Assembly: GCA_003135935.1 (NCBI GenBank)
Contig: PNBI01000101.1
Span: 1 to 60,370, forward strand
Direction of reading: 5' to 3'
DNA from: Methanomassiliicoccaceae archaeon
GTDB lineage: Archaea > Thermoplasmatota > Thermoplasmata > Methanomassiliicoccales > UBA472
Length of the DNA stretch: 60,370 nt
Shown here: positions 1 to 9,442 of the stretch, piece after piece
Layout: each line of letters starts with the position of its first letter
How positions within the stretch are numbered: the stretch's first letter is position 1
The notes under the pieces: generated by a model
The model's database searches: none
Told to the model about the DNA's origin: nothing
What the model saw: the letters and a program-made list of their open reading frames with translations, nothing else
Made by a program: the position numbers and the translations under genes

Positions 1-465
1 TTATCATTTTCGGTATCGAGATGCTAAGGGCTTTATCATCCAACTCGTCTCGCTTAAAACATGGAATCAGGTGTTCGCAAACAGAGAATATTTCGACCCA
101 TGCAATTGGTAATACTCTCTTCTGCGGTGATCCTAGGCCTAGTAGTTTTACTACTCAAGTATTACCTTTAATAAATTAGGTCGAGCCCCACCTCATTCTC
201 AGCCTTCGCAACTCCTTTTCGTCTGCAATAAACATGATGCGGCACATCATAATTCATGTCAGCAAGCTTGACGCAAACTATCAGATTCCCTATGTTGGAT
301 GAGCCCTAATCACTAAGACCGGGCAGGAAGCGAATCTTACAACCTTCTCCGCGACGCTTGCGAAAATCGCAGATCAGCTTCAAACCTCTTCCTTATTCTT
401 CATCTATCTCGGATTGATGCTTCATCAGGTTGCTATGCAGCACAAGAATTCCTTGGCGTCTCGGC

Positions 466-1239
466 TTATTCCTCAAAGATGAAGCTCCGATGCGAAATAG
501 AGCCGTGCTGGAAGCCTTCGTGAATACATCGGAGGTTATCATTCTCCCTCCTCATTCCTAGGATGTAGATCATCGGAAGATAGTGCTCTGTAGTCTGGAA
601 AGCACGACGGCTAATAGGGTCCCTTTCGAAATGCACCAGCGTTTCTTGGCTATTTTCTTCGATTGCCTTCCATTGCATGGCATCATAATCCTTGGCCCAG
701 TCGAAAGGTGCAGTATCCCATTCCTGTTTTAGCTCCCTGAAGGTGTGAATGAGGTTCCCACTGCCAACAAACAGAATGCCCTTGTCCCTGAAATCCGAAA
801 GCGTCTTTCCCAGCTGGCGATGTCTTTCGGGGCTTAAGCTCATGTCCAGGCTCATCTCTACCACAGGTACATTGGCATCAGGAAACAGATGGATCAGTGG
901 AATCGTAGCAGCATGGTCGATGCCCCATTCATTGGAGACCGAAGCATTCGTGTTTGAAAGAGCGTTGACCAGGTCCTTGGCCAACCCAGGGTCTCCCCGT
1001 GGCTCGTATTTCGCATCATAGAGCCTCTTTGGAAATCCGTAGAAATCGAAGATTTGTTTCGGCCTATCATCAACCGTGAACTGCGTTCCGCTGGTCATCC
1101 AATGAGCTGAGATGAGGACAATGGCTTTGGGCTTATCCAACTGATCGCGTAACATCCTTAGGTCCTTCGTGAAGGGATTATCCATGATCAGGTTGAAAGG
1201 GGAGCCGTGACCAATGAACAACGCAGGCATTCTGGGCAT
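466..1239 (-). CDS. class III extradiol ring-cleavage dioxygenase, 4,5-DOPA dioxygenase (LigB/YgiD) family
   Basis: 257-aa ORF. It has N-terminal PALFIGHGSP and internal SAHW, GSGNLIHT and EHYLP motifs characteristic of the YgiD/LigB family. Confidence 0.8.
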   Translation of the reverse strand: MPRMPALFIGHGSPFNLIMDNPFTKDLRMLRDQLDKPKAIVLISAHWMTSGTQFTVDDRPKQIFDFYGFPKRLYDAKYEPRGDPGLAKDLVNALSNTNASVSNEWGIDHAATIPLIHLFPDANVPVVEMSLDMSLSPERHRQLGKTLSDFRDKGILFVGSGNLIHTFRELKQEWDTAPFDWAKDYDAMQWKAIEENSQETLVHFERDPISRRAFQTTEHYLPMIYILGMRRENDNLRCIHEGFQHGSISHRSFIFEE

Positions 1240-1577
1240 ATGGAACAGACAATTTGATGAAGGGTGATAATGCTATTTGTTGAGAATCGAGAAGGAACGA
1301 TGGAAACATCTCCGACCTGGAATAAAGTAGAGGAAAGGATTTCGCCCGGAAAATCAAATAGCATATTCTTCGTTTTGATCTTAGCAAATTGATAATAATC
1401 TGGATGATCCGCGATGGGCTTCACCGACGATAGCAAAGCCAATTTCATCAAAAGGCAATGAAGAGAAGGAGATAAAATGCTGGGCCATTCAAGGTGCTTT
1501 CTCGGATGAATCGGCATCTTCATCGACCCGAATAAGAAGAAAGAGAGGGTAATGCGTTTCTGGAATTCAAGCCAGTT

Positions 1578-1955
1578 CTATTTCTTGACCATGGCGAGAG
1601 TCTGTGTGTCGGTGACCAGCGTCTTCATCACACTGGTTTGAAAGGACATAAGGGCCATCATCTCAGGTTCATTCGAAAAGGCCATCAGGTTATCCATGCT
1701 TGGCGTATCGTAAACAGCAAACGTTGTATGGGTTGGGGGGTTGACCCAAACGCCAACGATCTTTATCTTATGCTTTGCTGCCAACGATTTCCGCTTTTCA
1801 AATGCGGTTAGCATTACATCTTTGTATTTTGTTTCGAAAGCGGGACAATTCTCGGGACTATGTTTCGATATATCCATTACCAACATTTCTTGCACCTTCT
1901 TTCCTTCCCATCCAAGAAAACTTGGCATTATCGCAGCTAAGTATTTTTGCATCAT
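1578..1955 (-). CDS. hypothetical protein
   Basis: 125-aa ORF whose start overlaps the stop of ORF 1952..2305 by 4 nt, an operon-like arrangement. An internal Met (MLVMDISKH) may be the true start. No family recognised. Confidence 0.45.
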   Translation of the reverse strand: MMQKYLAAIMPSFLGWEGKKVQEMLVMDISKHSPENCPAFETKYKDVMLTAFEKRKSLAAKHKIKIVGVWVNPPTHTTFAVYDTPSMDNLMAFSNEPEMMALMSFQTSVMKTLVTDTQTLAMVKK

Positions 1956-2305
1956 AGCGTGTTTACCGACAAATGAAAGGAATGGGTTCTACCCATCTCC
2001 CAGAGCCCAAACCTAACCGTCTCCCTATAAGTTCTGGGCTTATGCCTGGATCTCGGAATTACTATAATGAATTCTAACAATACCTGATTTGGTGGTTTAT
2101 CACGGGAGAAATAGAGCTTGCCGAGGACTCCTATCCTAACAGTTATTTCAGGAAGGACGCAAAATATCGGGATAATTTTCTTACAGGTGAATGTGAGATT
2201 TTGGGGCTTGTTTGCAACGTTCACGATTGCAGAGCATGCTCCTTTGCCACGGCATACATGATCAACAATAAGGATTGGCGGAATGGTTGATTTGCTGGTT
2301 AGCAA
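1952..2305 (-). CDS. hypothetical protein (weak call)
   Basis: 117-aa ORF in an AT-rich stretch. The only support is its 4-nt overlap with the downstream ORF. Confidence 0.3.
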   Translation of the reverse strand: MLTSKSTIPPILIVDHVCRGKGACSAIVNVANKPQNLTFTCKKIIPIFCVLPEITVRIGVLGKLYFSRDKPPNQVLLEFIIVIPRSRHKPRTYRETVRFGLWEMGRTHSFHLSVNTL

Positions 2306-2457
2306 AAATGGATGTGCCTTCGAAATACGTCCACTACTAGATTAAAAAGCAAATCGGTCTTATCCATTTGCTTATCCAATGGGGCTGAGCGATAGGTCAT
2401 TCCATCCGGTCTCATTTAATGAATTTTGCACATGATGGTTTGGGAAGTCAAGAAATG

Positions 2458-3312
2458 TCAGAGTCTCTCGAGAATCTGCTTTCTTTTTTCCTCATACTCT
2501 TGCTTGGAGATCAGCCCCTTCTGCATTAGTTCATCGAGTTCCTTGAGCCGGTCCTGAGCGTTAGCTGGAGTCATTTGAGGCATCGGCTGATTGACTATCA
2601 TGACTGGTGTAGCGCCAGGATGGATTATAGCGCTGGCCACTTTGACCACTTCAAAGGGTTTTCCTACGTTCTCCCAAGAAACTGCTCCACCAGTCATCAG
2701 TTTGATCCCCGGCGACTCGTAGTCTATGCCTCCCTTCTCACCAGCGGTTGCGAAGTAAATGTCACCAAACCCGAATATCCTTTCATACCATGGTTCCATC
2801 ACCGTAACGTTCTGGATCTTGTCCACCCCGATATCCGCGTAATGGAGTGTGAAGATGCCATAGCGAGTGAGGACCCGGCGATCCGTGATCACGAACATCA
2901 CCCGGCTCAGGTAGATGTAGTTACCGAACAAGGTCAGTATGGCAAACGCCAGTGGTATAAGGAACCAATACCATCCGATGCCACTCTTATCCAAGACCGC
3001 CCAGACGGCGATGGCGATGCCGGCCAGACCGCCGATCAGTCCAATGCGCCTCTCCGTCGGGATCATTAGGATGCAAACAAAGACGGCTATGCCAATAGCC
3101 AGCAGGTTCGCGCGATCAGCGTTGTACAAGGCCATGCAAGTAAGGTAAATTAAAGAAAAGGCAGTTAACAGAAGTCCTCTTCCCAAGATGTATATGGCTG
3201 CTGGCTTGCCTTGCCATTTAACCGTCTCGCCACCAGTCAGATAGTCTGACGGCGGCGAACCGCTAGCTATTCGAGATACCACCGAGCTGCCCTTTGATTT
3301 CGCCATCTTCAT
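2458..3312 (-). CDS. membrane protein with bacterial PH (bPH_2, YdbT-like) domain and C-terminal SHOCT domain
   Basis: The pattern GETVKWQGKP is followed by hydrophobic helices, then FVITDRRVLTRYGIF...IQNV (bPH_2 pattern). The C-terminal LKELDELMQKGLISKQEYEEKRKQILERL is SHOCT-like. Confidence 0.7.
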   Translation of the reverse strand: MKMAKSKGSSVVSRIASGSPPSDYLTGGETVKWQGKPAAIYILGRGLLLTAFSLIYLTCMALYNADRANLLAIGIAVFVCILMIPTERRIGLIGGLAGIAIAVWAVLDKSGIGWYWFLIPLAFAILTLFGNYIYLSRVMFVITDRRVLTRYGIFTLHYADIGVDKIQNVTVMEPWYERIFGFGDIYFATAGEKGGIDYESPGIKLMTGGAVSWENVGKPFEVVKVASAIIHPGATPVMIVNQPMPQMTPANAQDRLKELDELMQKGLISKQEYEEKRKQILERL

Positions 3313-3627
3313 CCAACCTCATGCATTCGTCCTTATCATCGAACGGCATTGACCGTCTTGTTAAGGCTACTTAGGGGAATGATGACGTGACCATGTTATT
3401 AGGATTTGGACACCCGGTTGAAGGCGATCAACGATTACATCTTGTTTTGACGAGAGCAAATAGGCAGCAATCTGGATAAGGCGCGGTAGCGGCGATAGCA
3501 TCCTCGATCAATGTGACTCGCACATCAATCCAATTGGTTTAAGTATAGGTCCTCTGGACGGCGAAGAAGCTTGGTTCTTCTTATCTAGCATATATCCCCC
3601 AGACTCTAGCAATCGAAATGACAAAAG

Positions 3628-3634
3628 TTTAAAT
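3628..3634 (+). promoter_or_regulatory. TATA-like box (TTTAAAT) upstream of the surface-protein gene
   Basis: AT-rich box about 60 nt upstream of the first possible start. A GGTG motif lies immediately before the ATG/GTG cluster at 3692-3707, which suggests a leadered mRNA. Confidence 0.3.
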
Positions 3635-3691
3635 CTCCGCCCTGTTTCATAAAGCGTCAAGCTCGGAATCCTAACGAGTCATCAACGCAAG

Positions 3692-6600
3692 GTGGGCATG
3701 GGCAGGATGAAAAAACAATACATTAGACATTTAACATGTTTCGGTATACTGTCCATGCTCCTGATCGGAGCGCTCCTTATCGTTGCCACGGACGCATTAG
3801 CTGCAGATCAGCAGGATGGGGATTATCTCTATTCAATTGATGCCGGTAATGCCAATATCACGGGATATACTGGCGCTGGCGGACCGATCGTGATCCCCTC
3901 AATATTGGGTGGCGTGTATGTAACAGCTGCCATCGGAGACCACGCGTTCTTCCAGATCGCCTCGCTGACTTCGGTGATCATACCTAACAACGTCACATAT
4001 ATCGGGGAGGGGGCTTTCGACCAATGCGTCAATCTGACCTCCGTGACCTTAGGTGATGGCATAACAATCATCGAAGATCATGCGTTCGCCAACTGCAGCT
4101 CACTGACATCGATAGAATTCTTAGGTCTCACTTCTCCAGTCATTGGAGGGGTCAATTGGACGATGGGTGCGCCCGGCACGATCCTAGGCCACGCATACGC
4201 CGATTCTAATTTCCCCGCCCCAGGGGAGGCATTCAATGGGCTGATCATGGGTGATTTCATACCGACAGCCCCTGGCGTCCCGACGGGGCTCATCGCCACT
4301 CCCAGCAACGCCCAAGTGGTTCTGACCTGGACAGCCCCTGCCGATGATGGCGGAAGCGCCATAACTGGATACAATGTCTACCGTTCCGACACCGAGACTG
4401 GAACATACTTGCTGATCGATTCGCCAACCGGACCTGCCTACACTGATTCCGGAGTGACTAACGGTCAGACCTATTGGTACGAGGTCAGCGCTGTCAACGC
4501 CATCGGAGCGGGTGCGAGGACCGCACCATCATCGTCCGTCCCTTTCACCGTTCCTGATGCCCCCACCGGGCTTATCACCACGGCTGGCAATGGCAACGTC
4601 AGTCTGAGTTGGACCGCTCCTGCCTTCGATGGCGGGCGGGGGATAGATTACTACGTCATCTACCAGGATAGCGTCCCCTTAACAGGTCATCCGACCGGCC
4701 TTTCGACCGTGATCACCGGCCTGACCAACGGGCAGCCTTACTTCTACCGGGTAAGCGCCGTGAACGCAGCGGGAGAGGGCCTGTTGTCGGCTGAGGCTTC
4801 GGCCACACCGGCCACCGTGCCGACAGCCCCTATCATCAGTTCTGCAACCGCTGGCAATTCCAATGTGACCTTAGTCTGGTCCGGACCATCAACTAACGGT
4901 GGCGCCCCCATCACCAACTATAAGGTTTACCGTAGCATCACCTTAGGCGGAGAAACGTTCCTCAACACGCTCGGGAACGTACTCACTTACACCGACACCA
5001 TGCTAACCAATGGCCAAACCTATTACTACAAGGTCACTGCGGTCAATTCTGTTGGGGAGGGGCCGCAGTCAAATGAAGCGTTTGCTTCCCCCGCAACCGT
5101 TCCGACCGCTCCTCGTGGCCTACGAGCTGTGGTCGGGGACTCGATGGTTCACCTGAATTGGACCGTGCCTTCGTACACTGGTCCTGGAACGATCACCTAT
5201 CATCTGTTCCGCGACAGCATCCCGATATGGAACGGATCGGGACTGAATCACGAGGATTCAGCCGTTACGAATGGCATTGCCTATTCTTATGAAGTCTCGG
5301 CGAACAATAGCATCGGTTGGGGACAGAACAGTACCATTGTCCAGGCCACTCCGTTGTCAGATGAGCAGAGACCAACCGCCCCAAAGAACCTCACGGCAAC
5401 AGCTGGATTGGGGAATGTGACCCTGACCTGGGACGCTCCAGCGCATAGCAACGCGTCCGCCATTTCTGGATACATGATTTCTTATGGCTTCTCAATGGAC
5501 TCGCTCACTAATCAAATCACTTGGAATCAATTGGTTTACGTTCTTGACGGCTTGACCAAGGGAACGACTTATTACTTCAAAGTGGCCGCCCAGAACAGCG
5601 CAGGCTGGGGTGTGAACTCGAGCGCCAAATCTGCCACGCCGTTCGGCGTTCCTTCCGCACCTCTTGGCTTGGGGGCGATCGCTGGCAACGGCTACGTCCT
5701 CCTGAACTGGACCGCGCCAAGCTATATTGGGCCAAGTCCGTTGACATACCGCCTGTTCCGCGACGGCTTCCCGATTTGGAACGGCACCCTTGTCGCATAT
5801 TTGGATATGCCGTTGGCCAAGAACGTATCGTTCTCATACCAGCTGGCGGCCGCGAACTCGATCGGCTGGGGACCCAATTGCACGGCAGTCGCCGCTACTC
5901 CGTTCGGTGCACCAGATGCCCCGTGGGGATTGAGCGCGACACCGAGCGATGCGAGCATATCGCTGAGCTGGAATGCAGTGAACTATTCCGGCCCCGGGGC
6001 ATTGATCTATCATCTGTTCCGAGATGGCGCATTGGTCTGGAGTGGGGCTGGGACCAATCATAGCGATAACGGCCTCATCAATGGCCAGAAGTATATTTAC
6101 AGTGTGACCGCTTCCAACTCACTGGGTTGGGGCGAAAATTCATCCATCGTGTCATCAGCCCCGCAAGGACGGCCGACCGCTCCGACGGGATTGCAGGTCG
6201 TTGCAGGAAGCAACTACGTCCAGCTCAATTGGTCCGCTCCCACATATGCCGGACCGGGGACGATCACATACCACCTGTTCCGCAATAGCACATCGATTTA
6301 CAACGGAACTGAAGCGGGATATAACGATACATCAGTGGTGAACTTCGTCCACTATTCCTATCAAGTGGCGGCCGAGAACTCGATCGGCTGGGGTCCGAAC
6401 AGCTCCGCCATCCAGGCAATGCCGCTGCCAAGCGGAATGAAGCCGACCGCCCCAAGGGGTCTTGTGGTGGTGCCTGGCAATAGGAACGCTACCTTGACTT
6501 GGAGCACGCCGCTTTACAGCAACGCATCTGCCGTATCTGGGTACATGATCTCCTATGGCACGGCTCCGGATTCGATGCCAAGTCATATTACCTTGAACCA

Positions 6601-7372
6601 GCTGGTCTACATCGTGCATGGCTTGGATAAGGCCGTGACGTATTACTTCTCAGTGAAGGCGCAGAATAGGGCAGGCTGGGGCGATAGCTCAGACATCGGA
6701 TCTACCACGCCGTTCGGCGTTCCCGACCAACCGACGAACCTGTCGGCGTTAGCAGGTAATGCGAGCGTTGACCTGAGTTGGAACGCACCATCGTACTCTG
6801 GCCCCGGGGCATTGACCTATCATCTGTTCCGCGACGGTATCCTTGTCTGGTCGGGGAGCGAGCTGGCATACAATGATACGGGGCTGGCAAACGGGCAAGA
6901 GTATTCGTACAAAGCCTCGACCAGCAACGATGTTGGGAGGGGACCGAATTCGACCGAGGTTCGGGCAACTCCCTTTGCGCCGGTGGCGCCCGGACCGCCG
7001 GAAAACTTCAATGTGACAGTAGGTAATGGGTTCGTTGATCTTGCTTGGGACCGCCCAACGCTTAGCGGCACCTCGCGGGTCACCGGCTATAATGTCTACA
7101 AAGGCGAGGACGCCTCTCACATGACGTTCTTGGCGACGGTGACATCCGCGACTTCTTACAAAGACTCCGCAGTATTGAACGGGCATCAATATTGGTATCA
7201 GGTATGCGCAGTAAGCAGCGTTGGAGAAGGCCCACTGACCGGGGTCCTAAGCGCCCAGCCGCATGCACCAGATGTCCCAAATGTTATAGATTGGTATACC
7301 TTGACCCTATCGGCAGTTGCCGGCGTCATAGTAATAGGGATGGCGATATCCTATCTCAGATCGCGCAAATGA
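3692..7372 (+). CDS. cell-surface protein: signal peptide, BspA-type leucine-rich repeats, 11 fibronectin type III domains, C-terminal TM anchor
   Basis: 1226-aa ORF. MKKQYIRHLTCFGILSMLLIGALLIVATDALA is a signal-like N-terminus, and the start could be 3692, 3698 or 3707. IPS..VT.IGDHAF..ASLTSVIIPNNVTYIGEGAFDQCVNLTSVTL..ITIIEDHAFANCSSLTSIEF is an LRR_5/BspA pattern. It is followed by repeated P.AP.GL....G...V.L.W..P...G...I..Y.......Y.Y.V.A.N..G.G units. The C-terminal WYTLTLSAVAGVIVIGMAISYLRSRK is a TM helix with a basic tail. Confidence 0.9.
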   Translation: MGMGRMKKQYIRHLTCFGILSMLLIGALLIVATDALAADQQDGDYLYSIDAGNANITGYTGAGGPIVIPSILGGVYVTAAIGDHAFFQIASLTSVIIPNNVTYIGEGAFDQCVNLTSVTLGDGITIIEDHAFANCSSLTSIEFLGLTSPVIGGVNWTMGAPGTILGHAYADSNFPAPGEAFNGLIMGDFIPTAPGVPTGLIATPSNAQVVLTWTAPADDGGSAITGYNVYRSDTETGTYLLIDSPTGPAYTDSGVTNGQTYWYEVSAVNAIGAGARTAPSSSVPFTVPDAPTGLITTAGNGNVSLSWTAPAFDGGRGIDYYVIYQDSVPLTGHPTGLSTVITGLTNGQPYFYRVSAVNAAGEGLLSAEASATPATVPTAPIISSATAGNSNVTLVWSGPSTNGGAPITNYKVYRSITLGGETFLNTLGNVLTYTDTMLTNGQTYYYKVTAVNSVGEGPQSNEAFASPATVPTAPRGLRAVVGDSMVHLNWTVPSYTGPGTITYHLFRDSIPIWNGSGLNHEDSAVTNGIAYSYEVSANNSIGWGQNSTIVQATPLSDEQRPTAPKNLTATAGLGNVTLTWDAPAHSNASAISGYMISYGFSMDSLTNQITWNQLVYVLDGLTKGTTYYFKVAAQNSAGWGVNSSAKSATPFGVPSAPLGLGAIAGNGYVLLNWTAPSYIGPSPLTYRLFRDGFPIWNGTLVAYLDMPLAKNVSFSYQLAAANSIGWGPNCTAVAATPFGAPDAPWGLSATPSDASISLSWNAVNYSGPGALIYHLFRDGALVWSGAGTNHSDNGLINGQKYIYSVTASNSLGWGENSSIVSSAPQGRPTAPTGLQVVAGSNYVQLNWSAPTYAGPGTITYHLFRNSTSIYNGTEAGYNDTSVVNFVHYSYQVAAENSIGWGPNSSAIQAMPLPSGMKPTAPRGLVVVPGNRNATLTWSTPLYSNASAVSGYMISYGTAPDSMPSHITLNQLVYIVHGLDKAVTYYFSVKAQNRAGWGDSSDIGSTTPFGVPDQPTNLSALAGNASVDLSWNAPSYSGPGALTYHLFRDGILVWSGSELAYNDTGLANGQEYSYKASTSNDVGRGPNSTEVRATPFAPVAPGPPENFNVTVGNGFVDLAWDRPTLSGTSRVTGYNVYKGEDASHMTFLATVTSATSYKDSAVLNGHQYWYQVCAVSSVGEGPLTGVLSAQPHAPDVPNVIDWYTLTLSAVAGVIVIGMAISYLRSRK
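4262..7276 (+). repeat. intragenic tandem array of 11 FN3-encoding units (~270-285 nt each)
   Basis: The array was counted manually from the translation. Two sub-types alternate: an SGYMISYG type and a Y(H/R)LFR(D/N) type. The blocks at about 5369-5908 and 6440-6982 are a duplicated pair, with stretches of near-identical DNA (for example ggccccggggcattga.ctatcatctgttccg). Confidence 0.8.
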
Positions 7373-7458
7373 AGGAACGCCAGACCATCTTCTTAGAGCA
7401 TATTCTTGGAATCGATCCATTGAGCGGATTAGAGGCCATCAGTTCAAACGACGAACCT

Positions 7459-8031
7459 CTAAAGGTCGAATTCGATGGATCCGCCGAGGATTCTTCGGTT
7501 GACATGTTCCTCCCATGGAGTGATCACATCACGACCGCCTTCTGGCCTTCTCCCCAGTTCAAACAAAGCGGTCTCAAGGTCCGACAGCGATTGGAAGAGG
7601 TGGATCCTTCTCTTCACATCCTGATAGCGGCCCAGTATGACATCCTGAATTTTCCGGCGGACGTCCTTCGCCTCGAAGACGAATATGCGATCGTCAAGTT
7701 CTCCTCGACCAGCACCGCAGATCAAATAATCATAGTCCAATGACGGGAAGCGCCAATCCAAAGCCATCCAACCATAGGACAGAACGGACGTCGGACGATA
7801 GTCGTACTTCAGAGAAGAATATCTGATGCGGATTACCTTCTTTGCCCAGTCCACTCCGTTCCGGGTTCCCGAGATTATCCGATAGGTCGGTGCATGACCA
7901 GGCAATTTCTTATATTTCATTCCAAGCTCGTCCAGATTATCCAATATCACTGCCTGGCACTTACTTGTCAGCTCCCATTTTGAAGTTTCTTTCCCCATCC
8001 AAATACCGAGACACCTAGGGAGAGTGGTCAT
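7459..8031 (-). CDS. hypothetical protein, putative PD-(D/E)xK nuclease-fold partner of the CHAT-like gene
   Basis: 190-aa ORF 26 nt downstream of 8058..8591 on the same strand, with GGAG 11 nt before the ATG. It has E20 in a predicted first helix, then SLDYDYLICG (D101) and IFVFEAKDV (E120-x-K122) on predicted beta strands. Confidence 0.45.
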   Translation of the reverse strand: MTTLPRCLGIWMGKETSKWELTSKCQAVILDNLDELGMKYKKLPGHAPTYRIISGTRNGVDWAKKVIRIRYSSLKYDYRPTSVLSYGWMALDWRFPSLDYDYLICGAGRGELDDRIFVFEAKDVRRKIQDVILGRYQDVKRRIHLFQSLSDLETALFELGRRPEGGRDVITPWEEHVNRRILGGSIEFDL

Positions 8032-8057
8032 TTAACATTATGCTCCGGAGACCATGC

Positions 8058-8591
8058 TCAAGTCCAAAATTGAAAGCCGCCTTTTGCCTTGCCTTTCAGG
8101 ATCGTGTTCGTCCTGTCCAACGCTCCTTTCGGTGTGTAATTTTTGTGCAGGACGAGATAGTAGAAATTGATGAACCAAACGGCTGAATCGATGAATTCGA
8201 CATCATGCACCGGGGCGATGACTCGTGACGCACCAGTAGTCTCCATGAACTCGCTGACGAAGTTCGTGCGGCTCATGCCGCAAGCCGACAAAGTCACCGT
8301 CTGCCGAGAGAAGCAACCCTCGGGAAATTCCTCAGGGCGAATGCTCCCCTGAGGCAAGTTGATCGATTCGCTATCATCTCCGCCATGAGCCGAGATATGC
8401 ACGAAATCGAACTTCTGGAGGTCACGCTTGCCCCCGAGGTAGTTCGACATCTGCGATTTCGATCGAATCGCATGGGTATGAATAGCTTCTGGCTCAGTCA
8501 TCCTCAGGAAGCTCGATAGCACCAAGCTCTCATTGAACTTCTCCGACCGGGGGATGCACTCGATTATCAACAGTCTTTTGTTTCTAGCCAC
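8058..8591 (-). CDS. minimal CHAT / caspase-like cysteine peptidase domain protein
   Basis: 177-aa ORF with a GTG start preceded by GTGAT plus a 5-nt spacer. Motifs in order are KRLLIIEC, FDFVHISAHGG (His69), TVTLSACGMS (Cys104) and GASRVIAPVHDVEFIDSAVWFINFYYLVL....GAL, which matches the CHAT His/Cys dyad and C-terminal signature. Confidence 0.6.
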   Translation of the reverse strand: MARNKRLLIIECIPRSEKFNESLVLSSFLRMTEPEAIHTHAIRSKSQMSNYLGGKRDLQKFDFVHISAHGGDDSESINLPQGSIRPEEFPEGCFSRQTVTLSACGMSRTNFVSEFMETTGASRVIAPVHDVEFIDSAVWFINFYYLVLHKNYTPKGALDRTNTILKGKAKGGFQFWT

Positions 8592-8770
8592 GTCCCATCA
8601 CTTCAACTATTCGAATCATTGGTAATTCGTATCTGGAGTTTGAACTAAGGAATCGATGCTATATCGCCTTTTCTTGAGACCGATAGCTTAGTTGCAAGGC
8701 GATTCCCGCGAGCATCTGATCTAAGGACGGGTTCCTTGGGGCTCCGATGGGTGCAGGGATTCGGATTCGC

Positions 8771-9442
8771 CTATAGCTTGCTGCCACACTCCCCGCAGAA
8801 TCTTGTGCCCGGAGTGTTCTTCGCGCCGCAGTTCTTGCATTCCAGCATCCCCAGTGGTGCGCCGCAGTTGTTGCAGAATTTGCCCTGCCCCGCCGGCTTG
8901 CCGCACTTGGGGCAGATCGTCTGTCTCGAATCGATCTCGCCGGTGAATACCTGGGTCTGCTGGGCCTTCTCCTGGATATCCTGCTTCATCTTCTCGGCCC
9001 GGGCGGCCGAGACCTCCACTGCCTCACGTGGCGCGTCATCAGTGCAGAGCTGCGCCTCCTCATTCCAATCATTGTCGCAGACGTACTTGTGGCAACGCGG
9101 GCAGCGCTTGAAATGGCCTTTGGCTTCATTGCTGGCCTGCTCGAAAACCACCTCATGCTCCTTATGCCACTCTGGAGACATGCCCGAATACTTGCTTGAC
9201 AAGATGTCCGTTCCATATTGGGAGGCTTGTCCGATGTTGTATTTGCCGGTGAGGGACCCGACCGCTCCAGCTGCCTTCCCGAGTCCTGATAGCAGCCCCT
9301 TCTTCTTGTAGGTCTTTGACTCCACGAAGCTGGTCTTGAAACCCTCCCTGCATATGTCGCAGAAAAAGGTGAATTGGAATCCAGCCTCAGTGCTATTGTC
9401 CTCCATGTTCGATGTGAACGATATCAGCTTCCCATTGCTCAT
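8771..9442 (-). CDS. zinc-ribbon domain protein (double zinc ribbon at C-terminus)
   Basis: The track ORF is 8771..9595, but ATG at 9442 (MSNGKLISF) overlaps the upstream stop as ATGA, so I take it as the likely start. Cys pairs are CDIC..., CPRCHKYVC, CPKCGKPAGQGKFCNNCG and CKNCGAKNTPGTRFCGECG. Confidence 0.65.
   Translation of the reverse strand: MSNGKLISFTSNMEDNSTEAGFQFTFFCDICREGFKTSFVESKTYKKKGLLSGLGKAAGAVGSLTGKYNIGQASQYGTDILSSKYSGMSPEWHKEHEVVFEQASNEAKGHFKRCPRCHKYVCDNDWNEEAQLCTDDAPREAVEVSAARAEKMKQDIQEKAQQTQVFTGEIDSRQTICPKCGKPAGQGKFCNNCGAPLGMLECKNCGAKNTPGTRFCGECGSKL

Noticed and set aside
1-465. A 465-nt stretch has no ORF of 60 aa or more but contains short coding-like fragments on the minus strand, for example LICDFRKRRGEGCKIRFLPGLSD and MNYDVPHHVYCRRKGVAKAENEVGLDLIY.
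   Set aside because: These may be remnants of a decayed gene at the window edge. The fragments are too short and motif-free to call.
1188-1523. 111-aa and 69-aa minus-strand ORFs overlap the 5' end of the dioxygenase gene.
   Set aside because: They overlap a well-supported gene in another frame and have no motifs. The AT-rich spacer is probably the dioxygenase promoter region.
7192-7743. A 183-aa plus-strand ORF overlaps the 3' end of the surface-protein gene and the nuclease-like gene.
   Set aside because: It is out of frame with the FN3 gene, overlaps two better-supported genes and has no motifs.
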